DNA of 63,785 nucleotides, filler included, from Reticulomyxa filosa (GCA_000512085.1; 13 parts of 13 records of this genome joined end to end with filler, not necessarily neighbours in it), one strand, 5' to 3'. Counted from the first letter of the whole stretch, positions 36,599 through 50,217 are shown. Translations and numbers: made by a program. The notes: generated by a model from the sequence alone, not told the origin.

Positions 36599-36948
36599 TT
36601 CCAATTTGCTTTGGGTCGTATTGCGAACAAACAAAATCCTATATTACCAGCACTGGAGTTTTTCAAGTCGAGCACCCTCAATTGTTCTGTGAAACAATTA
36701 GTCACAAGGATCAACATTTTCTCTGTATGTTCTTTAAGACATAGATTTTTAGTGCAAATCAGTTTTATTTTTTTTCATAAGCTTTATCCGCTTCCTTAAT
36801 AATTCAGCCGATTTTACAAAGATTATCCGGAAAATAGTTTCATGAACATTCTGTTGACTACAAAGTAAAAATTTCAAGCATTGTGACAATAGTGTAATTT
36901 TTATAAAATTTATTCAATTTGTAGGTCAACAATAAAGAAGGCGTCCAA

Positions 36949-37974
36949 TCATCCAAAAATATCCGAAATTAAACTTTTAAGAATAAGTTCCATGCAGGCA
37001 CCTCATGTTAACATTTTGAATTGTTTTTTTTTTCTCATGAATTCAAAATTTAAACAAGAGTTTACATTTGCATTCACATGCCTTCGATGGTACCTTCACC
37101 TGTCCTTTTTTGTCAATTTTGCGCTGCGCTTATTTTTACTGTTGTTGCTGTCACTATTTGAGCTTCGGTCTTTTTTGTTCTCGTTTTTGTTTTTTCGGCT
37201 TGTTTTTGGATCTGGAAACAACTCGTCTGCATTTCGAGGGGCAATGATAACCTCTTTAATGTGTGGTAAAGTATGCAACGATGTTTCTTGAGCTCTTCTG
37301 TCATCGGAACGATCAGGATCAATATACCATGAAGGTTTTCCTTGCTTGCGATTAGTTATAATTCGTTGGCATTTGTGCCAACCAATGCCAAAGGTCTCAC
37401 GAATGGTATGAGATGTTACATCACCCTTGTGTACCATTTCTGTGTCATAAAATGCGTCGATACAGTAATGCATTACTTGTTGTTTCGCCCAATACATTAT
37501 CTAGAATTTTTTTTTCCTACTTCTCTTTCTTTAAAAAAAAAAAAAGAAGGACATACTTGAAGCCACGCCATTTTAGTCAAAACATCACAAAATCCAAATT
37601 TTTTTTGAATTTGTGATGCTTCAATCCGTTGGTTTTGCGAAATTTGTTCTTTTGCCCACTCCAACACAGAGTTGTCTTTGTACAGCTATAAAAAAAGCCA
37701 AAATACACACCCAATCAAACTACTAAAGTGTAATACGACAGTTAGCAACATCTCCATTTCATATTTTTTCGTTGCTTTATTCAAGTGGAATATAGCATAA
37801 ATAATCAACCATTAACAATTCTTTATCTGGATTATTCTGGAGTTCCAAAACTAACATTGACGCGTGCTCAATACTGATTCCACAATCATGAGCAAGACGA
37901 TTTGGATCAGGGAGTTCATGGTTTAACTGGACAAAGTCTCGGATGTATTTAACAGCAGCGTTTATTCCTTGCAT
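36949..37974 (-). CDS. Protein with three helix-turn-helix/winged-helix-like repeats and a basic tail
   Basis: In-frame exons 37974-37810, 37685-37557 and 37500-37096. Ends at TGA 37096 or via a short last exon at 36949. Confidence 0.65.
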
Positions 37975-38753
37975 TTCAAGAAACAATAAAAACGAAGAAG
38001 CGGCTAGATTTATCGTAAATAGAAAAAAAAAATAAATTTGGTGAGTTGGTACGAGGGTACTTAATGACTAAAACTTTTTTATCTTTTCCTTTTTTTAAAA
38101 GATACTGCTCTAATTTAGGTCTTTTACATTTGGTTTGCTGTTTTGCAAACAGATTTTTTGGTATTCATGAAATTATTGAAGTTTGACATTAACAATGTAT
38201 GTAACAGGTTTTCAATAACTAATAATTTTGGGTAACATTGTCATATGATTTTTAATTTTTCATCTGTATTTTTTTGTAAAGCTTGTTTTGTTTATATATT
38301 TTATTTTTTTAGTGGCACATGGAACATAATCACGTCTCTAATACTTTTTTTTTAGATTTTTCAAACTTGTGATTTTTTTAGGGATATGACTTTTTTAAAA
38401 TTTGAAATTTTTTTGGACGTTTGTTTATGTTGGGCTTACAACAATTTTTTGACATAATTCAATTCGTTATGTGCTAGCGTCTTTTTTGCAATATACTAAA
38501 TTATAAGCACTGCATTATGACAAACAGCACCGTTTTTAACGTAAATTTTTTTAAAAAATTATATATATCCAAATTTAAAAAAAAATAACAAGATAGTGTT
38601 TAAAAATTAGGATGATATGTTTATTCGTCATGGAGAAAGTCCATTATCTATTCCATTCAATGATTAATTGTTGATATTTAATCGTGTTCAATGAAGCATG
38701 CACAGTAAGACGAGCAAAAGAAAAAAAGGCAAAATTGAGTGAGATTAAAAGTG

Positions 38754-40090
38754 CTAATAACTAGCCCATTTGAACAATTGGCTACTTAATCCACTTAAAA
38801 AAGACGAACCCACATATACACACCAAACCCCAAATCGCAAAAACAACGAGTTTGATTCTAGGTTATTTTGTATCTTGAACTTTTGCATACATTGTGGATC
38901 ATTGACGACACAAGGCAAATTATTAATTACAATAGGCACATTACCATCAGTACCATTGATCATGACTTCTTGTAGGCACTTGTTTCGATTTTCACAAAAC
39001 TTGACATGAAAAACCGAAACATCTTCCCACTGTTCGCTAATGTGTTTTGACAAAGTAAAATATTCATTCGTTATCAAACGTGAGATTAGATATTCCATCA
39101 CATGATGCAAGGTATGCCGCGAAATATTGAAGTAATGGTTACTTGTATTCGGTATCTCAATGCAATGATCCTTGCACCTTCCGTACACTTTAAAACTTAG
39201 CTCAATATTTTGCGCACGTGTTTCAATTAAAGTAAGCTCTGATTGCAATAACCTCTCTTCTGACGAATTTTCGCTACATTTGCTTTTCTCTGGAGCAAAC
39301 ATATACTTGTTGATATTTTTGGTGCTTGGAATGGCAAAATCAAATTCTTTAAGTTCTCCCGGAAAATCTTCAGATAAATCTTGACTGCTTTCTTCTGGAG
39401 TCAACTCTCTAATATCTAAAAATCCGACTTCATTTTTGCTTTTATGGTCTGCACGTTTCTGGCTAAATTTTAGTTAATTTTTTTTCTCAAAGTTTGACTG
39501 TACTTCTTAATCGTTGCGAAAAAAAAAAACAAACAAATGCACAGACTCCTTTTTTGCTTTCTGTACCTTTGATCCCACTTTTCATGAACGCTAAAAAAAA
39601 CTTTCAAATGATTTGTTTTGTTTTGTGTTTGATGAAGTTGTGCCAATTCTCGGTTGGAAATTGTCTTGCACTGTAATGCTCCTTTGGGCTTGTAAGAGTT
39701 CTGAGCCAATACTGTCGGGGAAGTGCTCTTGACGTGGAGCCTCAGATCAGCATATATTTCACTAATCTCGCAATGTTTGTATTCATGAATAATTTGACAA
39801 TTTTCTTTTTTACAGGATATCAATAATAGCATTGGTAAGTTGCACAAATTTTGAGGTTTGTAATTGCAAATCGATTGAAAGAATTCATACTCCTTTGTAT
39901 TGTGGCTGAGAACAATCAAGTCCACTGAAACATTCCATACTTTACTGAAACGTGACAATTGGAAGTGTACATCATTTGCTATATGACTATTTTTCTGTTC
40001 ATTATTTGGATGCTTCAGAAGTACACACAACAATGGATCATTTCGTAGACAATAATTTGGTGTCAATTGTTTTGACTCCAAACTTTGCAT
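38754..40090 (-). CDS. Hypothetical protein (at least 2 exons; start unclear)
   Basis: 206-aa and 216-aa co-oriented ORFs separated by an intron-like T-rich tract. No motif recognised. Confidence 0.45.
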
Positions 40091-40479
40091 GCTTTTCTCC
40101 TTTTATTTTCGTTCTTGTTTGAGAAGATATTAGGCGAAAAAATTGAAATTTGTCAATACAGAAGTGAGGCACTTTGCATCATAATCTGTTCATGATCAGT
40201 CTCTTTGTCGCCTTTAATAAAAGACACAAACAAGAATGACCACAGAACAATATATCAACAGTTCAAATTATACATGGAAATCTTTCAAAATGATCATTAT
40301 CTTCTATTTTTAATTATTTGTCTTGTTCTGATATGTGAAAGTTAAAAAGTGACAAATCTTTGTATCATTAACTAGATTCTTATATAATAATTGTACATGC
40401 TTAGAACAACATCATAGTCAAAAATTAACATTGTTTATTACAATTTTTTAATTTATCAGCTTGTACAAATTTGAAAAAA

Positions 40480-41505
40480 AAGTGTTATTCATGTAAAATA
40501 AAAATGATATAAATATAAAATATTTTTCTGTATGATGTACATTATAATAATCATAAAAAAAATAAAAATACAGATGGAATGCCCTTGACCTGGGCAACAA
40601 TTGATCGTATTTTCATGCGTTAAACTAAATTTTAAAATTCAATTATATGTCTTATTTTAATAACATGCAACACACTTTTTATAAAATTTTTTTTAAAGAA
40701 TATAAATGTTTGAAATTCGAAACAAAGATGAAAAAATTAAACGGTAAAGGCGAATTCTATGTATTTGAAGCGATTTGTCTGTACCACAGTACTGAAAGCA
40801 AATTATGTAAGTCACTTCAATCAAAGAGTATGAAACTATAACAAAGCAAAAACTGTATGTATTATTTATGATATGATGGTCAAACAATGAAAGCTTATGG
40901 CGTAAATGTATTAAATAGAGTTTCATCTGCGCAACATGAAAAAATTTCAATTATTATTTCTTAGGAAAAAACTTTTTTAGCAAGTCGTATCGATTTAATA
41001 TAAAATTTATTGAAAACTAAATGTAAAGTTATGTTTGCTATTTACTTTTAAATGATATATCATTAAAAGTTTAATTTTTTTACGATTTATTTATAATATA
41101 CACGATACAACACTTAATATCTTTATCTCCAAAATTATAATTGATATACCACAAAATATATTATTTACATTAACTTTTACTTTGCATAAATGTTTTGTTA
41201 TTAGAAAATTGTTATATAGATTTTTTTAGAAAACAGTTCAATCAATTATTTCATATCTTCATTATTCTGACAAAAGATCATTTTTTCAAAAAAAGAATTG
41301 TGATTCATGTAAAATGAAAATAGTATAAATATGAAATAATTTTCTGTTAGCTTTACATTATGATAATCATGAAAAAAACAAATATGTGGATAAGATTCAC
41401 TTGATCTAGGCAACAATTGAGTGTATTTCAACGAATTAATATAAATTTTAAAATCAAATTATATATCTTATTTTAATAACATACTACGCACTTTTTATAA
41501 TATTT
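40480..41505. repeat. Two diverged direct copies of a ~210-nt element (about 40480-40690 and 41295-41505)
   Basis: Shared blocks attcatgtaaaat, cttga(c/t)ct(g/a)ggcaacaattga, tcttattttaataacat, cactttttata. Confidence 0.75.
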
Positions 41506-41983
41506 TTTAAAAGAAAATTGAGTAAAGTCTTAAAGTGAAATATTCGTGTTGGCATTTATGTTGTAGTTAATTCATATTCGAATTTAATCTTTGACATCTT
41601 TTCGACAGTTTAATGCTACTAATTGTTTTTGTTATGAAAGATATTGCGAAATTTTTAAAAGCGCACAAATTTGAAAAGTTATGACTGATATTAGTTGCAG
41701 GAAAATTAAATAAAAATAGCAATTTGCATTTGTAATCCTTTTTAATTTGTGTTAGGATGTTTTTCTACAAAAGTAATTTCAACAGCCACATTGATCATTA
41801 ATGTACAATTCTTTGAATTGATGCATTTGAACAAGAAAGAGTAAATGAAGTCGAGTTGATTTTAATGAAAGTCGATTTTAATATTAATTATGAAAAAATT
41901 AAAAATTGTTTGCCCAACATTCACAATAGATAAATTTTTATACAATGGAAAAGACGAAAGATGAACATTCAAACAAAAAACCA

Positions 41984-43350
41984 TTATGCTTTCATATTCA
42001 ATCGGCGTCGCCTTTGTGCGACTCTCTGTGCAATATTTTGCTTATTTCGATCAGTACCCACAGCAGTGGCAGATCTACTCTCTTGTATTTCTGCTCTCAG
42101 TTCGTGTATGGCCATTGGATTATCCTCAAAAAGCATAGCAGGTCCACTGCGTTCAGCTCTACTATTATCATTTCGTTGTTGAAACTGTGAAATCGGCCTA
42201 GTGCGAATGGTATCATAAGGGCCATCTTCTGTCAAATCTGAAGGCTCTTCAAGGACTTCCTCCAATTGCATTTTGTTCGCAATTGCTTGGGAAGTTGATT
42301 TGTGATGTGATTTCCTGTAAGAATTGTGTTCCTCATTGTTTGTTTCCTCGTCCGAGATACGAGGCGAAGTTGGAACAGATATGGATATGCGCGGCCGATT
42401 GTACAATGGACGTGTACTCGCAATTTTTTTTTTATTGGCTTGACGAATCAACGAGTGATGGATTTGCGGTTTCTTTTTATCTTTGAAATTTTGTATATTG
42501 TTGGTTTTTTTTTTAAAAATGATGACAAAGACACCCCTTACAAAAAGAGAGATATTGACAAAAAGTAAAGCAGCATTAAACATTAAACTTTTTGGAGATG
42601 CGGCAGCGGCGGCAGTGTCATTTTGATTTTCAGACCAAGAGTCGTCAAAATGGTATAACCTTTGAGTCGGTGCGGCCTTATTTTGGGGAGTGAAATCCTC
42701 GTCCGCAACCTCGATCATTTGGTCACGACCTGTGTCATCCTGCTTAGTGTTCAGTTGTCGAGTTCCAGTTGCTTTCACGCCCCGTCCATCACCTTTTCTA
42801 GGAGTACTGCTGTGGGTGCTGCTGGGTGTGTCCGACTTTCTGGAATGTGCGCTTCTAGTTCCAGGAACATTCTCCACATTCGTTCTCTCTGCAACTGCAG
42901 CAGCGCCATTGCCATTGCCATTGCGAACTTGCTCGGACAAAGTGTCGGCTTGCTTTTCTGTGCGATACTTGCTGCGAAATTTGATTGGAGAGACATGTGG
43001 CCTCTGAAAATATTTGGAAGATGAATCCAGCATTGTTGTCGCCTTGAACGACTGAGAATGCTGATCCAAGCTTGGCCGACCTAGGACAGCGTTGCGATCC
43101 GAATGGCTGTTGATTTGAGCACCCCTCACATCTTCACGTCTGAGGTTACTCATCGACATCGATGTTTCATTGTAATTGCCTAGTGCAGATCTGGAGGTAT
43201 CACGGTGCAAGCTGACCGACTCTTGCGCAGAGGCATTCGTCGGAACTTGTTGGTTTCGAGCTTCCAAGGTTTTCATCGCTGCTGCCAACTTTGCATCCAT
43301 TTCGTCCAGATCTAAACTGACAGGAGTTTGTTTCTGAACTCATCCAATAA
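41984..43350 (-). CDS. Disordered Ser/Thr-rich protein, C-terminal exons (5' partial)
   Basis: 438-aa ORF with an intron-like in-frame tract near 42490-42590; ends RRRRLNMKA*. Confidence 0.6.
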
Positions 43351-44189
43351 ATCATACAATCCCCCCCCCCCCCCCCACATACATATATGTTCCTCTACAG
43401 TCCTCATTTACAAAAAAAAAAAAAAAAAAAAATAGGCAAANNNNNNNNNNNNNNNNNNNNNNNNNNNNNNNNNNNNNNNNNNNNTTAATTAATTAANNNN
43501 NNNNNNNNNNNNNNNNNNNNNNNNNNNNNNNNNNNNNNNNTCTGAAAGAAGTTCGAAGTTAATCTTCGATTATTAACAACGATTTTCGTCGTCAACAAGA
43601 TTGTGGCGAAACAGAAACAAAGACAAAGAAAATACTTTCAAAGAAATTTTTTTAACTAGTAAAATTTTTTTTTATCTTGATAAAAAATTAGATATCTGAT
43701 ATTGCGATCTCGCGCGAGATCAGATAACAACACCCAAAATGAATAATCGATTAACAAGAAAGAATTGCGAACAAAATTAATTCACTTTTCTATTAAATAA
43801 GTCGAAATGACAATATAAACATTCAATAAGTATTTAAATTTTATTTTTGTTTTAGTTTGCTTTAATTTGTTAAAAGAAGTAAATTGAATCTCAATATTTC
43901 CCCGAGACTTCAACACTTCGAAAACAAGGCTCAGATGATTCAGTTGAGCATTAGAATTGCTCCTATAATTCACCCTGACCATTCCACAGGGAATAGCCAA
44001 ACTTGTTTTCGCAACCGTTGATTGATCTCACCTTACAACATTTGAGATTTTATTTGTTTTTTTGATATTTTAAAGATTAAATTAAAACTTAAAATTTATT
44101 TTTTTCCACTTGTTGTTATTGATTGATATATTTTGTTGATTTTTTCCTTTTTTGTTTGTTTTCATTAGAGTACTGATTCCTTTTGGGAC

Positions 44190-44625
44190 GAAGTGCTCAT
44201 TTTAACTTGCTGGCCAGCAATTTGGGTACATCATGACACATCAAAAAAAGTTTACCTCAGCATCCTCAACAGTGTAATGATTACACACAAAAGATGCTCT
44301 GGATGCCCTAAAAAGTGGACTGATATAGATTCGCTTAATTTACTCTGGAGAGGCACAAACAGCATTAGATTTGCATAAACTATTCGTACGAACATATAAA
44401 AGAGCTTTCTCCGTGATCACTGTGAAGAACATTTTAAAATCACAGGATTTAAATGGTCGCATACGTATCAAAAAGAATCAGTTAACTAAGCGCCATAAAA
44501 AGTGACATAAAAAGAATATATTTGGCTACGATCTAATGAAATGATTTCCGATCGTACTACTAAGCCTACTGTGAAAGGTGGTGGATGAAGCATGATGATT
44601 TGTGGATGCATGTTGCATCATATCA
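44190..44625 (+). mobile_element. Tc1/mariner transposase remnant
   Basis: RCSGCPKK (RSGRPK-like), SVITVKNILKSQDLNGRIRIKKNQLTKRHKK, IWLRSNE..KPTVKGGG*SMMICGCM (PTVKHGGGSVMVWGC-like); stops and deletions. Confidence 0.8.
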
Positions 44626-45835
44626 TTGCAAGTTGTATTATCATTGATCAATATCATATTCAAAGCCTTTTTGCTTTCGTCAATAGCTTTCGAAACTAAA
44701 TCACTTGTTAAAGGCACACAGCTTGAAACTTTAATCTCAAAAGAAAATACTTCAATCAACAATAACTTAAGCAACAATATCATCATTTTGTACAGGCATA
44801 CTCAGTAGTGACTGATTGTCACATTGTGCTCGAATATGATGCGTCCACTATCTTCATTCAGTTGCGACGCTAGATCCTTTTCAAAATTATTAAAACAAAA
44901 AAAATTTTTTAATTGAACTCAAATTTTCTTAAAATAAAATCAAAACAACAAATTTGACGCTCACATCATGCTAGCCATAACAAAAGAAAGCATTGTCGTT
45001 GCATGCTAGTCCTTCGGTGGCCTTGTCGCGCGAAAACGCCGAATGTTTCCTCAAAGTGCTGTCGATGACGCTTCGGCCTCTGCGCATTTTCAAAGTCTGG
45101 TCGGCTCTTGATTGCTACAGACCTAATATCAACGATTATTGTGTTAATATTAATTTTTTTTAATTATGTCATATTATTGCTCAATTATTTGAACTTATTT
45201 TTTCTTCAACAATTTTGTTGTTCGTTGCTTATCACATTTCTATATCTATCGTTCCATTATAATTATACTTTCGTTTGTTCTTAAATGACAATATGTAGCA
45301 CTCATGATATGTCGTAATAAGCAATTCTCGCAAAACCCAAGAAACTTTGGAACCCTTTATTCTAATAACACACTACCCACTTTCACGACTTGTCTTTCTT
45401 CTTTCACTTGTTGAATTTTGTTATTTGTTTCTCTTTTATTTAATTTATTACTTTTGTTTTAAACTGCTCAAAAGAGCGAAAACCTTTCGTATTACAGTTT
45501 GCTTATCTTTCAGTAGCAGAAAACTCACAAATACTATTGTAGTCCTAGATATTCTTAAATTCTAACTCAGTTTGTACACTATATTCCTCTTATACTTCTT
45601 CCTTTTTTTGATCCAGTTTTTGTTTGTTGTAAAGAATTTTGATTTAATAAACCAAAACACACCAAACTTTTTGAAATCAATTTTTTGTTTGACTTGGCAG
45701 ATCCAAGTTTTTCCTATTGTCAGTTTAAACAGAAATTCCATGTTTCAGTCTGATTGCTCTTTAACTAGAAAAGAACGGTTCTCTAAAAAAGTTCGCAGGG
45801 GTTATTCCACTGGCTTGCTTTCATTGCGATTTACA

Positions 45836-47187
45836 ATGAGTTCTCAATCTCGTCCTCGACGACATAGAAAGAGCAAAACTTCAGAAGATAAAAAAAACTG
45901 AGTCTGAAGTGCATAATAATGACAAGATCCCTGAGTCAGAACCAAAGCAAAGACGAAAACGCAAGCGCGCTGAAATAAGTGCAACCGATGTCCCTTCAGA
46001 AAGTGTGACAAAATCTCCTCCTCGACGTCGAAGGGTATTATCTTCTTGAAAGTTTCTTTTTTGTTCTATCAAGAAGATAACATTTCATTCCAAAATAAAA
46101 CAGAGAGGACAACCAGAAGAACCCGAAAAAATAGGTGAAGAGACCGAGAACAAAGCTTCACCAGACAAGAACGCGGATAAATCAACAGAAAGTACTGACG
46201 ACAAAGATAAAAAAGAAAAGGAAGAGAAAAAAGAAGAAAAACAACCAGAAAAAAGATTACATCGGTGGAGAACTAGCTGTCCACAAAGTACCAAAGAACG
46301 TATTGAAAGGTTCGTTATTTCACTCAAAAAAGAAAAAAGTCATTTTTTCTCTCGACATTCAATTGTATACACCATCCCTTTGCTGTTTTATTTCTCCTTT
46401 CAGAGCACAAACGCAACGATTATTCATGATTAGTGCAACTGAGGTAAGTGATACACGACGGCAATATGCAGTTTTGGGTAGTACTGGCAATGTTTACACA
46501 GTCGAAATTAGTCATGTTAACACTTGCAATTGTCCTGATTCTGTAAGAGGGAATTTATGCAAGCATGTTTTATTTGTTTTATTGAAAGTACTAAAAATAA
46601 AAAGGTAATTCTCTACATACACACCATTTTCTCGTTCAAATTTTTTTATCATTAAAAAATATGAAAGTGACTCTCCTTATTTGTATCAACGATCGTTAGT
46701 AACGTCAGAATTGCAGAAAATATTTAGTGAAGCACCAAAAATTTCTATTGGTGTACTAGCAAACGAAGCAGTACGCAAAAAATATCACGAAAAAATGGGA
46801 GGAGAAATGATCACTGACAAGGAGGCAGATCCTGACTCAAACAAAGGAGTAGCTCGCAAAGCTTGTGACGGCGGTGATTGTCCTGTTTGTATGGACGAAT
46901 TAGATGAGAGCAAAGAGGAATTGGTCTGGTGTAAAGCTCAATGTGGGCAGAATCTACACAAGGAATGCTTCACGATCTGGGCAAAGCAAAGTGAAAATCG
47001 TGGTGAATCTGTCACTTGTGTCTATTGTCGTGCTGAATGGGTTGGTGATTCAGTGAATCAACCAAAAAAAAAGAAAGGTTTGCAACCCAAACAAAAAATA
47101 TTTTTTCCTATTTTCTTTAATTCTCTTCTTTTTCAAAAAAATATAGGGAGCGGTATTGGTGCCACTTATTTGAATCTTGCAGAATAA
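45836..47187 (+). CDS. SWIM zinc finger + RING finger protein (MAP3K1/ZSWIM2-type module)
   Basis: YAVLGSTGNVYTV..CNCPD..CKHVLFVLLKVL; CPVCMD..WCKAQCGQNLHKECF..CVYCRAEW; C-terminal YLNL. Four introns; one A-run frameshift near 45895. Confidence 0.9.
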
Positions 47188-47404
47188 CAAGAATCTAACT
47201 AAGTTTGATGGCTATTCATAAAATCCATTAGATTGTATATCTGTGAGAATTAATTACAACTTTTAATTTTGTTCTTCCTCAACACTTGTCACTTTATGGC
47301 CTTAGTTCAATTCAATTAAAATATCAAAGCATGACTAGGGTCTAACACATCAATTTCAACAACCACTCTTAAAAATATCTCCAATTAAAAAAATTTTTAA
47401 AAGA

Positions 47405-47897
47405 TCAAGAATAATGAACAGGCGCAAATGGATCCGGTTTTTGTACATATTTACCGAGATTTGGATCTTGATACAAATTTGGTGGAGAGCGCTCCAAGCC
47501 CAGTTCGGTCCATACATCTTCCAAACTGGAGATTAAGCCCTAAAAAAAACAAGAACAAAAAAATCAAAGCAATAGACAAAAATTGAAAACAAAAACAAAA
47601 ACAAAACTTGGATCAAGTGATCTGAGTGCAATGGTGTTGGCGTAAGCCTAAATCGTTCAGTTCCGACGGGAACAGTAGGATGGTTGATGGGTTGAACATA
47701 AATTCCATGTTTGCTTAGCAAAATGTCACTCGCTTTTTTGCACAGAGTGGCATTCCCAACCATTAAAGGGACAATATGGGAAGCACTCCATACCACAGGC
47801 AAGTTGGATTGCAGCAAAGACCATTTTAATTTCCAGACTTGAGTTTGTTGTTGAGCTCTTTTATCGGGACAGGTTTTTAAGAAGCGAACAGATTGAG
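47405..47897 (-). CDS. ALAS: 5-aminolevulinate synthase, C-terminal exons (5' partial)
   Basis: SHIVPLMVGNA..LLSKHGIYVQPINHPTVPVGTERFRLTPTPLH; intron 47540-47607; last exon GLISSLEDVWTELGL..HYS*. Confidence 0.88.
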
Positions 47898-47997
47898 NNN
47901 NNNNNNNNNNNNNNNNNNNNNNNNNNNNNNNNNNNNNNNNNTTAATTAATTAANNNNNNNNNNNNNNNNNNNNNNNNNNNNNNNNNNNNNNNNNNNN

Positions 47998-48023
<26 letters not shown>

Positions 48024-48028
<5 letters not shown>

Positions 48029-48355
48029 ACTCACTATTAATGGAATAAAGATATCAATCACTCGTGTCAAACTAGAGCGAAAAGGTAGTAATAACTTTGG
48101 AAAGCTTCAAAAAAAGTACCAACAAGTAATGATGGTGGAAGACCCATTGCATGCGGGAGAAAATGTGACTCGCAATGTGCGCGTGCAAACGTTGGATATT
48201 TTGCGGAGTGAGTTTGATCATGCTTATCAGCACGCTGTTCGTAGAGATTGGACGCAACTTATGGAACGGGAAGGAGACGACGACAACGACGACGACGGCG
48301 ACGCCAATGACGATCATATCGATACTGGACATGGTGGCGGTTGGCGTTGGACTAC
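48024..48355 (+). CDS. Non-canonical poly(A)/terminal uridylyl transferase PAP-associated domain exon (partial)
   Basis: MMVEDPLHAGENVTRNV..LRSEFDHAY resembles the TUTase/Trf4 IEDP..N..R..EF.RA motif. Confidence 0.6.
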
Positions 48356-48750
48356 TAGTGTTGCTCACCATTCCAATAAATTAGAGAGAGAGAGTAAGAG
48401 GGAAAAAAATATATTATCGTAGTCACAGCAATATCTTTTCACTTATCTTTTTTTTTTTCTTTTTGTTCGATTATTTGCTATTCCAAATTTGAAAAAAAAA
48501 AAACAAACGTACACACAATTAATACTATAGCGATGCCTCGTGATGTACGTGACAATGACCAAGAAGACGAGGTTGGCAGTAATGGGCCGCACACTCCAGC
48601 TTCTTCTGATAATGGTATACCATGTTTGTATCCTTTCCTCTTCTTTTTTTATTTTTTATTTTTTTTATTCGTTTCAAAATATTACAAATAAAATTAAACA
48701 CGTAACGCGTTCCAATTGTCTTTACATTTGGCCTTGGTCCACCACCTGCA

Positions 48751-49857
48751 ATGAAATGGAATCCATGGATAACAGAAGAAAAGGGTCAATCCAATAACAA
48801 GGACAACGAAAACGAAATGGACAAATCAAACATGACAATCGATTCCAACGAATGTGGCAAAAACAGCATTGCTGACAAAGAATTAGAGCATACGAATACT
48901 ATTGTTGCTAATGTGCATCCATATGGAGAGTCTTTGATTCCGTCTTCGTCGTTGCAAGTGTTATTGCATTACTTGCCATGGACGAATTCTGACTGCAACG
49001 ACGACAATGCTTTGTCTTCTCGATTGCAAATGCATGATATTTCCATGACATATTATTGTAGCGCCAGCCAGACATTCATGTCACGTCTTTCTCTGGCTTT
49101 GCTTCGTCGGTTTCATCATGACAAACCCTCACAACAATGCGATTGGATATGCTTGCAAACTTATTTGCAAACATTTTTGTCCAATCTTTTGCAAAGTGCA
49201 AGTGACACGAGCAATGCCAAAACGAAAACAATGGGGGTGCAACCACAGACGCAAAATCGCCAACTGTTTTTGGAACATCTTGTTGCTATTGTTAACAATA
49301 CAACTCATGTGAACAATGCGCTGCAGGTGTTTTATAACTGGTATTTGGAACAATTCTGTCTTGTGCCTGTCCAATACCACTTATTAATTTCCACGCTAAT
49401 TCGCTTTCATGTGTGTCGTGATGACACACAAAATCAAACCGATGCAAAACAAGACAACAATACCTCGTCTTCGATTGGATCCGATCACAACTTGCGTGAT
49501 AATAAAAATTATGACTTCATTAGGCAGTTGTTTTCCTTTAAAGGAAAACAGCTCTCTGATGAGGTGTATCACCTTCGTCCAAATGACCTCTTTATTTGCT
49601 ATTTGTTCTTTTTTTGCAATGCTTGCAACTATGTATTTTGGGATCTCTTGCTATTGCAACATCTTCATTCACATACTCATCATTCACACTCTTCGTCCTC
49701 TCCATCTTATCTTTTTGATGAAGTTCAAGTCAATCACTTAATGGACGATGCTTTGGAAGCTTTGCAATTGCAAAATTGGAGCGTTTCAAATACTATTCAA
49801 GTATTGCACAAATTTGTTCACCAAACTTTGGAAAAATCTGACATGTTTTTTAATTGA
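48751..49857 (+). CDS. Hypothetical protein exon, possibly the 3' part of the TUTase-like gene
   Basis: 368-aa open frame, co-oriented and downstream on the same contig. Confidence 0.5.
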   Translation: MKWNPWITEEKGQSNNKDNENEMDKSNMTIDSNECGKNSIADKELEHTNTIVANVHPYGESLIPSSSLQVLLHYLPWTNSDCNDDNALSSRLQMHDISMTYYCSASQTFMSRLSLALLRRFHHDKPSQQCDWICLQTYLQTFLSNLLQSASDTSNAKTKTMGVQPQTQNRQLFLEHLVAIVNNTTHVNNALQVFYNWYLEQFCLVPVQYHLLISTLIRFHVCRDDTQNQTDAKQDNNTSSSIGSDHNLRDNKNYDFIRQLFSFKGKQLSDEVYHLRPNDLFICYLFFFCNACNYVFWDLLLLQHLHSHTHHSHSSSSPSYLFDEVQVNHLMDDALEALQLQNWSVSNTIQVLHKFVHQTLEKSDMFFN

Positions 49858-50123
49858 CCGATTTTGTCACTCAAACCAACGTTTTTGCAGCTCTTTTTTC
49901 TCCTTTTTTTTGCTTTTTATATAAGGCAATGAAGAATAGGATATATCAGAAAAATTTGACTGATGGCAAATCCATTCTAACATAATGTTTATCATTTAAA
50001 CTTTTTTTCTCATCAACGTTGGATTATTTAAAAATGAAGAAAATTTTCATTTTACCTAAATGAAAACGATTTTATGTTCATAATAATTTATATGTTAAAA
50101 CGAAATAATATATTAAAAAAAAG

Positions 50124-50217
50124 CTACATTATGTTGAAAAGAAAACTGAACGCCTAAATCAATTATCATCATAAGATATCGTTTTATGCGTTCAGTTTTC
50201 TTTGCAACATACTGTAG
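50124..50217. repeat. Long inverted repeat (35-bp arms, 3 mismatches, 24-nt loop)
   Basis: ctacattatgttgaaaagaaaactgaacgcctaaa versus the reverse complement of tttatgcgttcagttttctttgcaacatactgtag. Confidence 0.9.

Noticed and set aside
44960-45120. GC-richer patch with CTAG and weak stems as an ncRNA or second Helitron end
   Set aside because: The stems are short and imperfect; no tRNA or snRNA pattern.
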